A DNA stretch of 64,000 nt from contig RHPI01000385.1 in NCBI GenBank assembly GCA_009103225.1, positions 249,898-313,897 of the forward strand, in the 5' to 3' direction. This DNA is from Chlorokybus atmophyticus (taxonomy: Eukaryota > Plantae > Mesostigma and Chlorokybus algae). Position 1 is the first letter of the stretch. The number at the start of each line of letters is the position of its first letter. A program made the translations under genes and the position numbers. The notes beneath the pieces are model-generated. The model saw only the letters and a list, made by a program, of their open reading frames with translations. It did no database searches and had not been told where the DNA came from. Of this stretch, positions 53,344 through 64,000 are shown piece by piece.

Positions 53344-54781
53344 CATCTCACTGTGGTTAGCAATGTGTCCACCCTTGGATGTGGTGCAGTATTGTTGCAA
53401 AGTGGCAGACCATGTGCTTATGAGAGTAGGAAGCTCATCCTAGCAGAGGTAAACTACACTACCATTAAGCAAGAATTGCTTGGTATAGTAAATGCTCTGA
53501 AAATATGGCGATGTTACTTGGAAGGGGTTCAGTTCACAGTGGTGACTGAGCATAATCCGTTGGTGCAATTCTCAACACAGCAAACTTGTCACGAAGGCAA
53601 GCTTGCTGGAATAAATTTGTGTCCTGGTTTACCTTCATATGGGTATACCAGCTAGGCAGAACCAATGTCGCTGATCCTCTAGGTCACCGTCCATCATTGT
53701 TAGCAATTATGCGTGCGCAATTGCTTACGACGCGCGGTACATTGCCATCTGATGATAAGCTTGTGCAAGCTGTTGTGCAAGGGTACACTTGAGACCAATG
53801 ATTCTCGGCAAAAGACAATATGCAAAAGCTTGAAAAATGAGACATGTATTATATAGGCACCAGTTTGATCATCATCAGATCATGCTGAGTTGCGTGTAAA
53901 ATGCATAGCTGATGTACACGAACCACTATACGCTGAGCACTTTGGCAGTTGCAACACTGTTAATGCAGCGCAACAGTTGTATTGTATTAGTGGCCATCGT
54001 TGCATGTTAACGTTAACTTAACGTCCCGCTTGAAGCGGTATGTAGACACGTGTAACAAATGTCAGTGTGACAAGCCGTTATGTCAAAAACCCGCTAGGTT
54101 GCTGCGACTATTGCTGGTTCCTAATGGCAAATGGGAAAGTGTGAGTATGGATTTCATTACGGAGCTCCCAAAGACGGCGTTAGGTCTCACTGCAAATGTA
54201 GTTTTTGTGGACTGTTTAACAAAAAAAGTTCACATTGCCCCTTGTCGCATGGAAAATAGGCTCCCGTGAGTTGGCAATGGTTGTTTTTGAATCTGTGTTT
54301 AAGTTGCATGACTTGCCTTGCAACTTTGTGTCTAATTGCGATCCGCGGTTTGCAGCTTAATTCTGGAAGTTGCTATGCATCTTCTTATAGATTGAACAGA
54401 ACATGAGCACAGCTTACCATCCGCAAACGGATGATGAGACAGAACGCGCCAATCAAGTACTTGAGGAAACCATCCGGCATTCTGTGAGTTCGAAATTAGA
54501 GTGATTGGGATGTTTACCTTTTAATGGTCGAGTTCGCAATTAATCATGCATGGCAAGAAAGTGTGCAGGAAACTCCGTTTTTCTTAAATTACGGAGGGCA
54601 TCCACTGAGTCATGCAAACATTAAGTTTCCCGCTACACTGACATAACTCGCGTAGATGCAGCGCGAGAGATGACTTCGGCCATGCAGAATACGGTAACAT
54701 TGGCAAAAGACTGTCTGCGCGCAGCGCAAGATAGACAACACTGCAGGTGCATTAATCACCTAAAAAGGTAACACTTTATCA

Positions 54782-56391
54782 TCGCAAATTTTACACGGTG
54801 ACTGACAAGGGACTGAGGGACTAACGGGTGCCTGACCCTGCCTGATCCTACTTGACGTAACGGATTGGTCCATAAAGGGACTTTTTAAGACGGCCGTTAC
54901 TACTAAGCAACATATATTAACAGCAAGCGGTCGGCTGATAGGTACAATCGACGGCGGCCTGCCTGTGACGGCAACACCGCACTTTAATGTGACGGCCAAT
55001 TGTTGTTCGTCCCATTTGCGCGATGGCGACCTATCTGTATAGCAAATAAGTCACGTTTCGGTCACATAGAGTGACGGCCGACCGTCGGTCATACCCTGAC
55101 CGTCGAAAAGTATGCGCAACGGCTTGCCTACTATGGCAAGCCATTCACCGTTAGTCCCTATCAGGTGACCTTATCGCGTTTATCGAGTGACGGCCGACCG
55201 CCGGTTGTGCACTTAACGCGGCGGCAACCTAACGGTTATGCAAGCAAGTTACCGCCCGTCCCTATATGTCGGCGAGTAATACCGGTAAATCGGGACGGTG
55301 GTACAATGCAATTATCGCATCATATTAATGGTACAAAATGTCTATTAATATGGTGACATAATACTTAATACATCATACATAATGCAATGGCACCCTCGTA
55401 CCATTCAAATGGTACCAATTCGTACCATTTAAATGGTACGACAGTGCCATTGTACTGTTGAGCGTTTGAATGACTTTGGCAGCCCAAGTCATTCAAACGC
55501 TCAACGGCTAAAAGTGTTGAACAGATGAGCGCTGGGCGGCGGCGGCAGCGATGGCCTACAGGAAGTAAGCTTGTATGCTGACGTTTTTATGCGCATGCAA
55601 GCTAATTGCCGTTCTTGTCTTAAGGCGGCCCTGGCCAGACCAAACTAGGCCAGGCCAAACCAAACCAAGCCAGGCCAAGCCAAGCCAGGTCAGGCCAGGC
55701 CAAGCTAGGCCAGGCGGCGGCGGCGGTATGGTAAGCGACAACATGCGAGTGTGAAGGTTGTGCATATTGCTGTTGACGCGCTTGATTAATTGCCTTGTGC
55801 TTTGCAAGAGCGGCGGTGGATAAGGAGCGACGGCTTGGTGGAGCGCGGTGCGAGAGCGCCGGTGTCTATTAACGCCTTAGATTAGGGTAGTAGTAATGGT
55901 AATAGAAACTCACAATAGGTAGTTCAGAGTGTGCAAACATTGTCGTACTTTTATAACTTGCAATATATATTGCATTTTTTTGTATTTCAGTCGCCGTCTT
56001 GCGTGTCACGCATTTGAGTATTGGATCATAATCTGAATGGTACTAACAGGTATCTTTAAACGTACCTATCAATAACGGTCGGTAGGTAAAAGGTACCATG
56101 AGGTTCCTGTTGGTCACACTGAGTTAGTGTACAGTCACCGGTACATTAACCGCACCTAACTAACAGGTACCGGTTGGTTAGGTTAAGTCCCTTTTGCCTA
56201 ACGGGTATGTAACTGACAAGTACCTGTCCGTCCTAGTCAGTCCTTTTGTGTAAACGGCCGGGGACGGCCGTTATACTCACGTCCCTGTATCGAGATTACA
56301 GGTGGACTAAGCCACGACAGTTCAAATGAGTATTCTCAGGTGCACGGCCGTTGCCAATATTTAATCGGCCGGCAGGAGAAAAATATTGCGA
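54782..56391 (+). mobile_element. Non-coding short-TIR element (TCGCAA...TTGCGA), copy 1, ~1.6 kb
   Basis: Reverse-complement homolog of 58962-60353 over its whole length; own short TIR; splits the old RT at GHYQY|KVLPF. Confidence 0.75.
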
Positions 56392-58961
56392 TATATTGAT
56401 AATGGCCTAAAGGTATTCTGAATGCTATCTTGTAAACATCAGAAGGATGAAGCCGGATCTGATGATACCCACTTATCAAGTCCAGCGTGCTAAAATACGC
56501 AATTCTCGACACTTTAGTAAACACATTATCAGTCCGGGATAACGGGTATCGATTCTTTACCGTGTCTTGTTTAGAGCACGGAAATCCACACACATGCGCA
56601 GCTTCCCATTCTTCTTCAACAAACAAGATGGGCGCGCCAAAAGGTGAAGAACTCGGTTCAATCAGTTCCTTTTCCAGCAATACCTTGATGTGAGTTTCCA
56701 TTTCCCCCCACTCTCGGGCTCAGCCTATATATAGGCCGAAATACAGGCTCACTATCAAGAATGAGTGGTATTGTGTGTTCAACACCTAAATCAGGAGGTA
56801 AGCCTGACAACTTATTTGAGAACACATCTTGGTATTTCCAGATGATGTCTGCAACATTTGCTGTATTGCCCGGCACAAAGTCGTCCAACGACGTCAAGTG
56901 TACCAAAAAAGCTGGTGTGTTTCTGCGCAACGCACGCTTCACCTGCAATGCAGTGAGTAGCGCAAGGTCGGGCTGTGTGTGCTCCAAGCTATGCGACCCT
57001 TATACAGACAATGCTACACGCTTTCAATCCTTCTTCACTGTGCACGATCGTGCACCAATATCCAATGTCATTTTTATTGTTGCCTGCCAATTCTGTCCTA
57101 ATACCACATCAACACCGGATATGTTGAATGATACCACAATAAAGTGAGATTAGAATGATAACTACTAATTATTACCCTCATTCTAATTTCTCCTTTCACT
57201 GGCAACGCACCCCCAGCACCGGCAGCCGAAAATGCCGAGGGTTTACACATTCATTTATTGCGCACAACCCATTGTACCTCAACGAAATTGTATGTCGCAC
57301 CAGTGTCAATCAAGAATGAATTGTTTACACCCTGCATTGTGCCACCGAATGTCCACAACAAAGGTATTACCCGTCCTTAAAATGTAGCCAAGACCCCGTG
57401 ACTAATGCGCGGGTTGATTGGAGTTGCTGACAATCGCACTGTCCCTGTTTCACGCTTGCTGAATTGTTTCAATACATTCCCCTCTCCAATTTGCGTTAAC
57501 CGTGGGCCATAATACTTTGGCACCATGATGATCACACTCAGTTTTTTGTGCTTGGTTTGCAACTCATTCAATGCGTGCAACACATCGGTAAGCATGTTGA
57601 ATTCCACATATACCAGCACACAAGTGTTTTGTGTTTTTTTCCCTTCTATCAACAACAAATAATGGCAACTTGTCATGTGCATGCCATATATATCACATGG
57701 TGTCATTACATGCACTCAAACGGTGTCATTACATGCACTGGGGACATCATTAAACCAGTTTGCTGCCTGTATCTGAAGCAACTGGCTATCAACCCCATCT
57801 ACATCAGTCACGGCGTAATCTTAATCAACCTTCTTGGCCTTGCCCTTCTTTGCGGGGCAGTTCTTCGCAATGTGGCCCGGCTAATGACCGACGTAACAAG
57901 TGCGAGCCGCAGCAGGTGTAGCACCACCAGCAAATGTGCCACTAGGATGAGGCGTGAATGTCTTCGCCTTCTTTGCCGTGTGCGCTCGGCTGAGGGTGAC
58001 GCTTTTTCCCCACCCCCTGCGGCTTGGCCGCAGCTGCCACATGTGCCTTCTCCTGCACCGCTGTGTCATCACTGTACAAATACACGCTCAACTTCTGCAG
58101 GTTGGCCAAGTCCTTAGGAACCCAAGGAAGTCCCGTTGCCATGTTATATTGCAGCTGGTTGCGCACACGCGCATCGAAGCCGCTTGTACAACTAAAACTG
58201 CCCAGCCTTGCCATGGGCATGAGGCCACTGTTTACGCGACCCACCAATGCTTGAAATTCCTGCAGATAGATTAAAGTTACCCAGCCATTCCGTCGCGACT
58301 TGGTGAGCTTGTTGTGAGCCTGAGTAGCCGGATCCATGCCATAGCGCTCCGCAAGGAATTTGAGTAGCGCCTCCACTGTCTTTGCCGCACCATCCTCGCC
58401 CACTCGGCGAGAGCGTCAGATGGCATAAGCAACTCAACAACGGCAATGTGCTCACCAAATGGGCGCTTTAGTGATGTCAATTAATGCTCAACAGTGACCA
58501 CCTAGTCATGGATGCTAACACTGCCGCTGGGCTTAAACTTCTCAGGCTTGTTCAGCACTGTAATCGGCCCCGCTAATGCACCAGCTCCTAAAGTAGCACC
58601 CGCCACCTCTTGACGCATCGCCACCAACTCAGACTGCAAATCATCGAGGCGTGCCGCCAACTTCACTCGGCCTGTCAACTTGTTTCCCAAGTCAGGTCTC
58701 AAGTACGTCCTTGCAGCGCTGTGAGGTTTTCACCACCAAGTTGGCCAAAGCCTCAAACGCCATCACGGTGCGCTTCCCTTTTCATGGAAAGTGGCTTATC
58801 ATATATGGTCATGAGAGCAGCCACTCTCGGATCACTTCGCGCGAGTGGCGGGATGTTGTTCGTCAACTCGTGCTCAAGCATGCGGATCACCATCTCCTTG
58901 CTTGCGCGAGGGAGTGTGGCAAAGTCTGTCTCATACCCATTACAAACCTTCTGCGCCCACG

Positions 58962-60353
58962 TCGCAATGTTTTTCCCCTGCCCGCCGACTAATTGTGGGC
59001 AACGGCCGTGCACCTGAATACTTATTTAGACTGTCGTGGCTCAGTCCACCTGTCATCTCGATACAGGGACCAAAGTATAACAGCCGTCCCCGGCCGTTTG
59101 CACAAAGGGACTGACTTGGACGGACAGGTACCTGTTAGTTACATACCCGTTAGGAAAAAGGGACTTAACGTAACAAACCGGTACCTGTTAGTTAGGTACA
59201 GTTGATGTACCAGTGACCGTACACTAACTCAGTGTGACTAACGGGCACCTCATGGTACCTTTTCCCTACCGACCGTTATTGATAGGTACGTTTAAAGATA
59301 CCTGGTAATACCGTTCAGGTCATAATTAGATGCTCAAATGCGTGACAAGTAAGACGGCGACTGAAATACAAAAAAATGCAATATATATTGCAAGTTATAA
59401 AAGTACTATAATGTATGCACAATCTGAACTACCTATTGTGAGTTTCTACTACCATTACTACTACCCTAATCAAAGGCCTTGATAAAAATCGGCGCTCTCG
59501 CACCGCGCTTCACCCCTGCCATCGCTCCTTATTCACCGCCGCTCCTGCAAAGCACAAGGTAATTAGTCAAGGGCAGTCAACAGCAACATACACAACCTTC
59601 ACACTCGCATGCAGTCGCTTACCATACCGCCGCTGCCGCCACCGCCGCCGCCGCCCAGCGCTCACCCGTTCAACACTTCAAGCCGTTAAGCGTTTGAATG
59701 ACTTGCGCTGCTCAAGTCATTCAAACGCTCAACGGTACAATGGCACCGTCGTACCATTTAAATGGTACAATTATGTCACTATAGCAATGGACATTTTGTA
59801 CTATTAATATGGTACGATGATTGCAATATACCATCGTGCCGACTTGCCGGCATTGCTCGCCGACATATAGGGATGGGCGGTAACTTGCATAACCGTTAGG
59901 TTGCCGCCGCGTTAAGTGCACGACCGGCGGTCGGCCGTCACTTCATAAACGCGGTAACGTCACCTGATTGGGACTAACGGTGACTGGCTTGCCATAGTAG
60001 GCAGGCCGTCGCGCATACTTTCCGATTGGTCACATACAGGTACGACCGATGGTTGGCCATCATTGTATGTGACCAAAACGTGACTTATTTGCTATACAGA
60101 TAGGTTGCGCCATCGCGCAAATAGGACGAACGACAATCGGCCGTCACATTAAAGTGCGGTGTTGCCGTCACGGGCAGGCTGCCGTCGATTGTACCTATCG
60201 GCCGACCGCTTTCTGTTGGTATATGTTGCTTCTTAGTAACGGCCGTCATAAAAAGTCCCTTTATGGACAATCCGTTACGTCAAGTAGGATCAGGCAGGGT
60301 CAGGCACCCGTCAGTCCCTCAGTCCCTTGTCAGTCACCGTGTAAAATTTGCGA
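58962..60353 (-). mobile_element. Non-coding short-TIR element, copy 2 (inverted), ~1.4 kb
   Basis: Same ends, flanked by CG on both sides; removing it plus one CG restores the gag frame (…KKRGMHA|WAQKV…). Confidence 0.75.
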
Positions 60354-63300
60354 CGCATGCATCCCACGCTTCTTAACGAAGGTGAGGGTGGGCAGCAGAG
60401 CCTTACGCTCCAAGGCATACTGCACACTCAATGGCCCCGCCATGACACTTTGTTCACGGGTTCATCTTGAGAAGACTGGTTGAGAGAAGCATCGCTCTTC
60501 TGCGTGCCTTCTTCTTCTTCCTTGTCATTGCTAATAAGCTTATAGCTTATAGCTTTCACTCGTGTCCAAGTCCTTCACTTCCTCACTTTTAGATGGCTCG
60601 TATGGTGTTCACTTCTTAGCCATGGAAGGATACCCCACACCTTCCTCTCCTTGGTCAGACATTTGCCCAAGGAAACAGGCCGTCAATAAGGAAGTGTGTT
60701 TGTGCACACACACACACATTATGCACTTCACAAGTGCTAAAATCTACTGACTTGCCTCGTCAAGTTTCAAGTGCTTAATGTAAAGTACTCCGCTAAAACA
60801 AGAGCTTTCCACACACCTTTCACCTAGACACTTGCATCGCAACAAGCCGCACGTGAATCCACGCGACGATTCAAGTTATAGTCACTCAAAGTTTTCACTT
60901 CGAACAACTTAGCTCAACTCACAATTGCAACCAACACAAAAGGTGCTAAAATCTCGTTGAATCAGCCCTACAGGCCAATATCAACAAGTTGTGAGTCGTG
61001 AGTTTAATATCGGCCGTACAAAATGACTCTAGCGGCCCCATCGCATCGACTGACGGCACGACACCACAGTCGATGTTGCCACCGGACTGCCTCTCAAGGG
61101 TTGATAATGTAAAAATAACAAGTTCAAATCCTTCACACCACCGCGAATCCATGTGGTGGCAAGCCCACAAGCAGATACAAGTGTTCAATGTTGTTGCGAT
61201 TCACTATATGATGTGCTGGGCATGCAATGCTTAAAGGAGAGGCCTGAGTGGCCGCCTCCCCTAAGGCAAAAGCAAGCTAGGATAGGCCAGGGCAACTAGG
61301 CTAGGCTAGGCTAGGCTAAGCAAGCGAGTTAGCAAGCAAGCATGTCTAAGCTCCACCAGCAGCAGTTTTATTCATACACAAAAACAACTACAACTAACAC
61401 CACTACCCACCCTAACTTGTAGGTAGCGGCTGCTACTGTGGCCGCCGCTGCTACTAGATGCCAGGCCGCCAACTTCTCAGTGCCGTTGCTGCCGCCTCCA
61501 CGCCACTGCCGCCGCCGCCCCTCCCATAAGTCCCCTCGCCGCCCTTGCTCCCATCCCAATGTTAGGTTGGGAGTGCACCTCCTCCCTTTAATCCCCTAGG
61601 TTAACGGCCCTGGCTTAATTTTCTGTTTACCCGTTGGAGCCCTTATTTATCTTAAATAAGGGCGGGGAACCTCTATGCGGGTAGCACTCCGTTATAACAC
61701 ACAACATATCGATTGAGCAGCGCCGTGTTACAAGAAATGATTAACAAATGTACAAACTTGTTCTCAAGAAGCGAGCTCGCTTCAAGGCTCATCGCATGCG
61801 TGTGTTTTGCGATGCCAATTATGAGTGGGGAGCTATACGTTCCCCAACATGGCTACTAGCAACGATGCAATAAATAAAAATGGTTGGTAACAATCACAGC
61901 TCACCGATATTCCCTCATTCCAGTGTAGCTTAGGTACACGATCAGTGCTTTCTCTCCTTAACCAAGCTGTCGTCTATATGCTGCTGAAGCTTGCGGCAAA
62001 TAAATTGCGATCCGCATGCAGTAGCTGAGCTAAGGCTTGCTTGAATGATGTTCTAGTGGTTATTTGCCACCACTACTTACAATGCAACCCACACTGCAAG
62101 ATTAAATGTTGACGGTGCGACATTGCAGCACTTGTGCCATGGTGTTATGCAAGGTGGTCCTGCTGAGTGAAAGGGATGTTCTGCAATGTTCTTGGGCTTT
62201 GTTAGTATGCAAGTGCAAGTTCAACAATACATGAGTTGACTAGTTCGTGTGGATGTTTCAATGCCTTGAAAAATAGGCATTAAGCATAGCAAACATCGTT
62301 AAACCAATGAATAATGATTATACAAGAATAATGATCATGCACTCCAAAGTGATTGCACAACCCACGTACCAGGATTGCTTAGCTATCCGCAATCTAATGG
62401 TATTACAGCAACAGCAACTTTAACAGCGGGTTCAACCAACTTGTCACCAAGCACCTCCATGACCATGCGCACGTGTTGGCCAAGATGTCCCCTCTCAGAG
62501 TAGTCTAACAGTCGTGCTACACACCATTGCGGAGCTGTGTGTAGAGCTGAATGACCGCCAAGGCATTTTACTTCAAAGTATGCAGCTATCGGACAATGAT
62601 AAACACTACGAGTAACGCAAGGCATAGTCATTCAGTCGACAAGGGCAATTTAAGCAGGTGTGCTAAAAACATTAGCTCTAAAATAATGGTCTTATCTAGA
62701 GCATGGTTCTTTAAGTTTAATGTACATTCTGCTGCTGCACTTACTACAACAAAGTAAATAAACTCCATCAAGACGCCCGTATAACTCCCATTTCCTCTCA
62801 CATGTAATCAACATCTTCCTCGCATCCATGTCCTACATAGTTTTGCCAAGTACACTTATACCAACGAATGCTCATGCAAGCGAGAGGTGCGTACCTGTCT
62901 AGCGCCATCCACACCGGTAGGATACCCCTGGGTGAGCTTGCATGTCGCACAAAGTTGTGCCCCGCATGTTTATGCCAACCAATGTTCATGTATGCGAGAA
63001 GCACGTACACGTTTAATGCCATCCATACCGTTAGGATACCCCAAACGAAGCTTGCGCTCCACTACATGACATTTGCATGTGACTCCTAGTTGAACTAAAA
63101 GTTTGTTTGTGGTACAACACGAAATGTTGCAACAAGTTCAAGAGAAGTTAGCCTACAACAAGCGGTTCCCTCATCTTCATTGTCCAAGTTATTTAACGTA
63201 ATGACAGCCTCTTGATTGCTGCTTAGATTGCTAAGGGCAATGCGATAACATCGGCGGCACGTCGGCTTGAGCGGTGTCTATCAGCAAAAAAGGGAGCGCT

Positions 63301-64000
63301 TCCTTCGCCGGACCCTTGCTTTGAGCAACGTTATGCCTGGCTAGTCGACGTTACGTGTGAACCGGCTGCGTGAGACAATGTCGCTATTCAATCAGCTTGA
63401 AGAGCAGGCTCACTCGCTATTACTCTTTAGAGTAACAACAGCATGCTGCATGGAACGCCTAGTAACATCCCTGCGATTGCTTGCTATGTAGCGCGCTTAA
63501 GATGCTGAAACAATACAGCTTGCCAAAGCTGTTCATGCATATACACGAGAAAGCTTCACATAAGATGCTTGCTTCCTTGCGTGCACCTCCTCTCATGCGA
63601 AGACAAGCCCATGCATGCGAATGTGCGAATACTCATGAGAGGTTGTGGGATGTTCCTGACGTCTAAGCTTCAAGCCCGCACGTGCACTTAGCGCCATCTC
63701 CTTCAACGGAGGTACATGCTGACAAGCACAACCTTCACCGCCTCCTCGAGTTGCCGGACTCCTCCTCCAGCTCCGTCGCCTCCACCACCGCCGCTGCACG
63801 CATGCATGCTACAACTGCTGCTAGCCAACGCAGTTAGTCTGAGTGATGTTGAGAACCTAATTAACCAAGCTCTGGCTGGACGCTTTGCGGTCAGGTAACG
63901 GCATTGTCTAACCGCTAAGACAAAGTAAGCCCTAACCTCACCCAATGCATTCTACAGGGACATAAGCAGCATTAGCAACGTGGCAGCTGACTGTGGCCTC

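Larger units (their letters stand above)
41050..61696 (-). mobile_element. Old decayed chromodomain Ty3/Gypsy element (chromovirus-like), host of nested insertions and an inversion
   Basis: LTR remnants 41050-41156 and 61596-61696 are direct repeats; minus-strand PPT aagtggggggaa then TGTAAC at 41156. Minus strand: gag 60443-57860 with CCHC remnant, protease LIDTGA ~57300, RT first half 57000-54739, integrase tail + chromodomain (EYEVEAI..SYLVEWKGY) 41747-41270. Plus strand: RT second half, RNase H and integrase at 41746-42226 and 53348-54738. Many stops and frameshifts. Confidence 0.85.

Noticed and set aside
54782-60353. One giant DNA transposon with 1.5-kb TIRs carrying captured gag/RT
   Set aside because: Each arm has its own short TIR and splits a different part of the same collinear Gypsy ORF, and the arms are clearly diverged. 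Two independent insertions explain it better.
61700-64000. Short ORFs (62383-62631, 63716-63898 and others)
   Set aside because: No motif or consistent exon chain, so no call is supportable.

Overview
Eukaryotic, intron-rich nuclear DNA with CA/GT and AG microsatellites in the standard genetic code; a chlorophyte green alga is the most likely source (inference from plant-type MED8/SPT20 and a plastid NusG-like gene). Bases 1-36.4 kb hold spliced housekeeping genes: TRM11, a DUF2064/TIGR04282 protein, MED8, CLPTM1, TAF6, mitochondrial-type uS5, plastid NusG, a conserved membrane protein, SPT20 and a bacterial-type heparinase II/III-like lyase. Bases ~38.7-61.7 kb are a nested transposon island. 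The main finding is an 11.1-kb Ty3/Gypsy-type retroelement (42231-53343) whose polyprotein reads gag-protease-C5 cytosine DNA methyltransferase-RT-RNaseH-DDE integrase-PHD finger. Instead of two LTRs it has split direct repeats (A-internal-B-A-B), the layout known from tyrosine-recombinase retroelements. It still has TG...CA ends, a 4-bp TSD (CATC) and a palindromic B|A junction (GACA-GC-TGTC). It sits inside an older decayed chromodomain Gypsy element, which has also undergone an internal inversion and two insertions of a short-TIR element. A ~640-bp near-perfect hairpin and several small hairpins lie at the island's left edge. All alignments and mismatch counts were done by eye. Coordinates of spliced genes are gene spans, and some starts are approximate.
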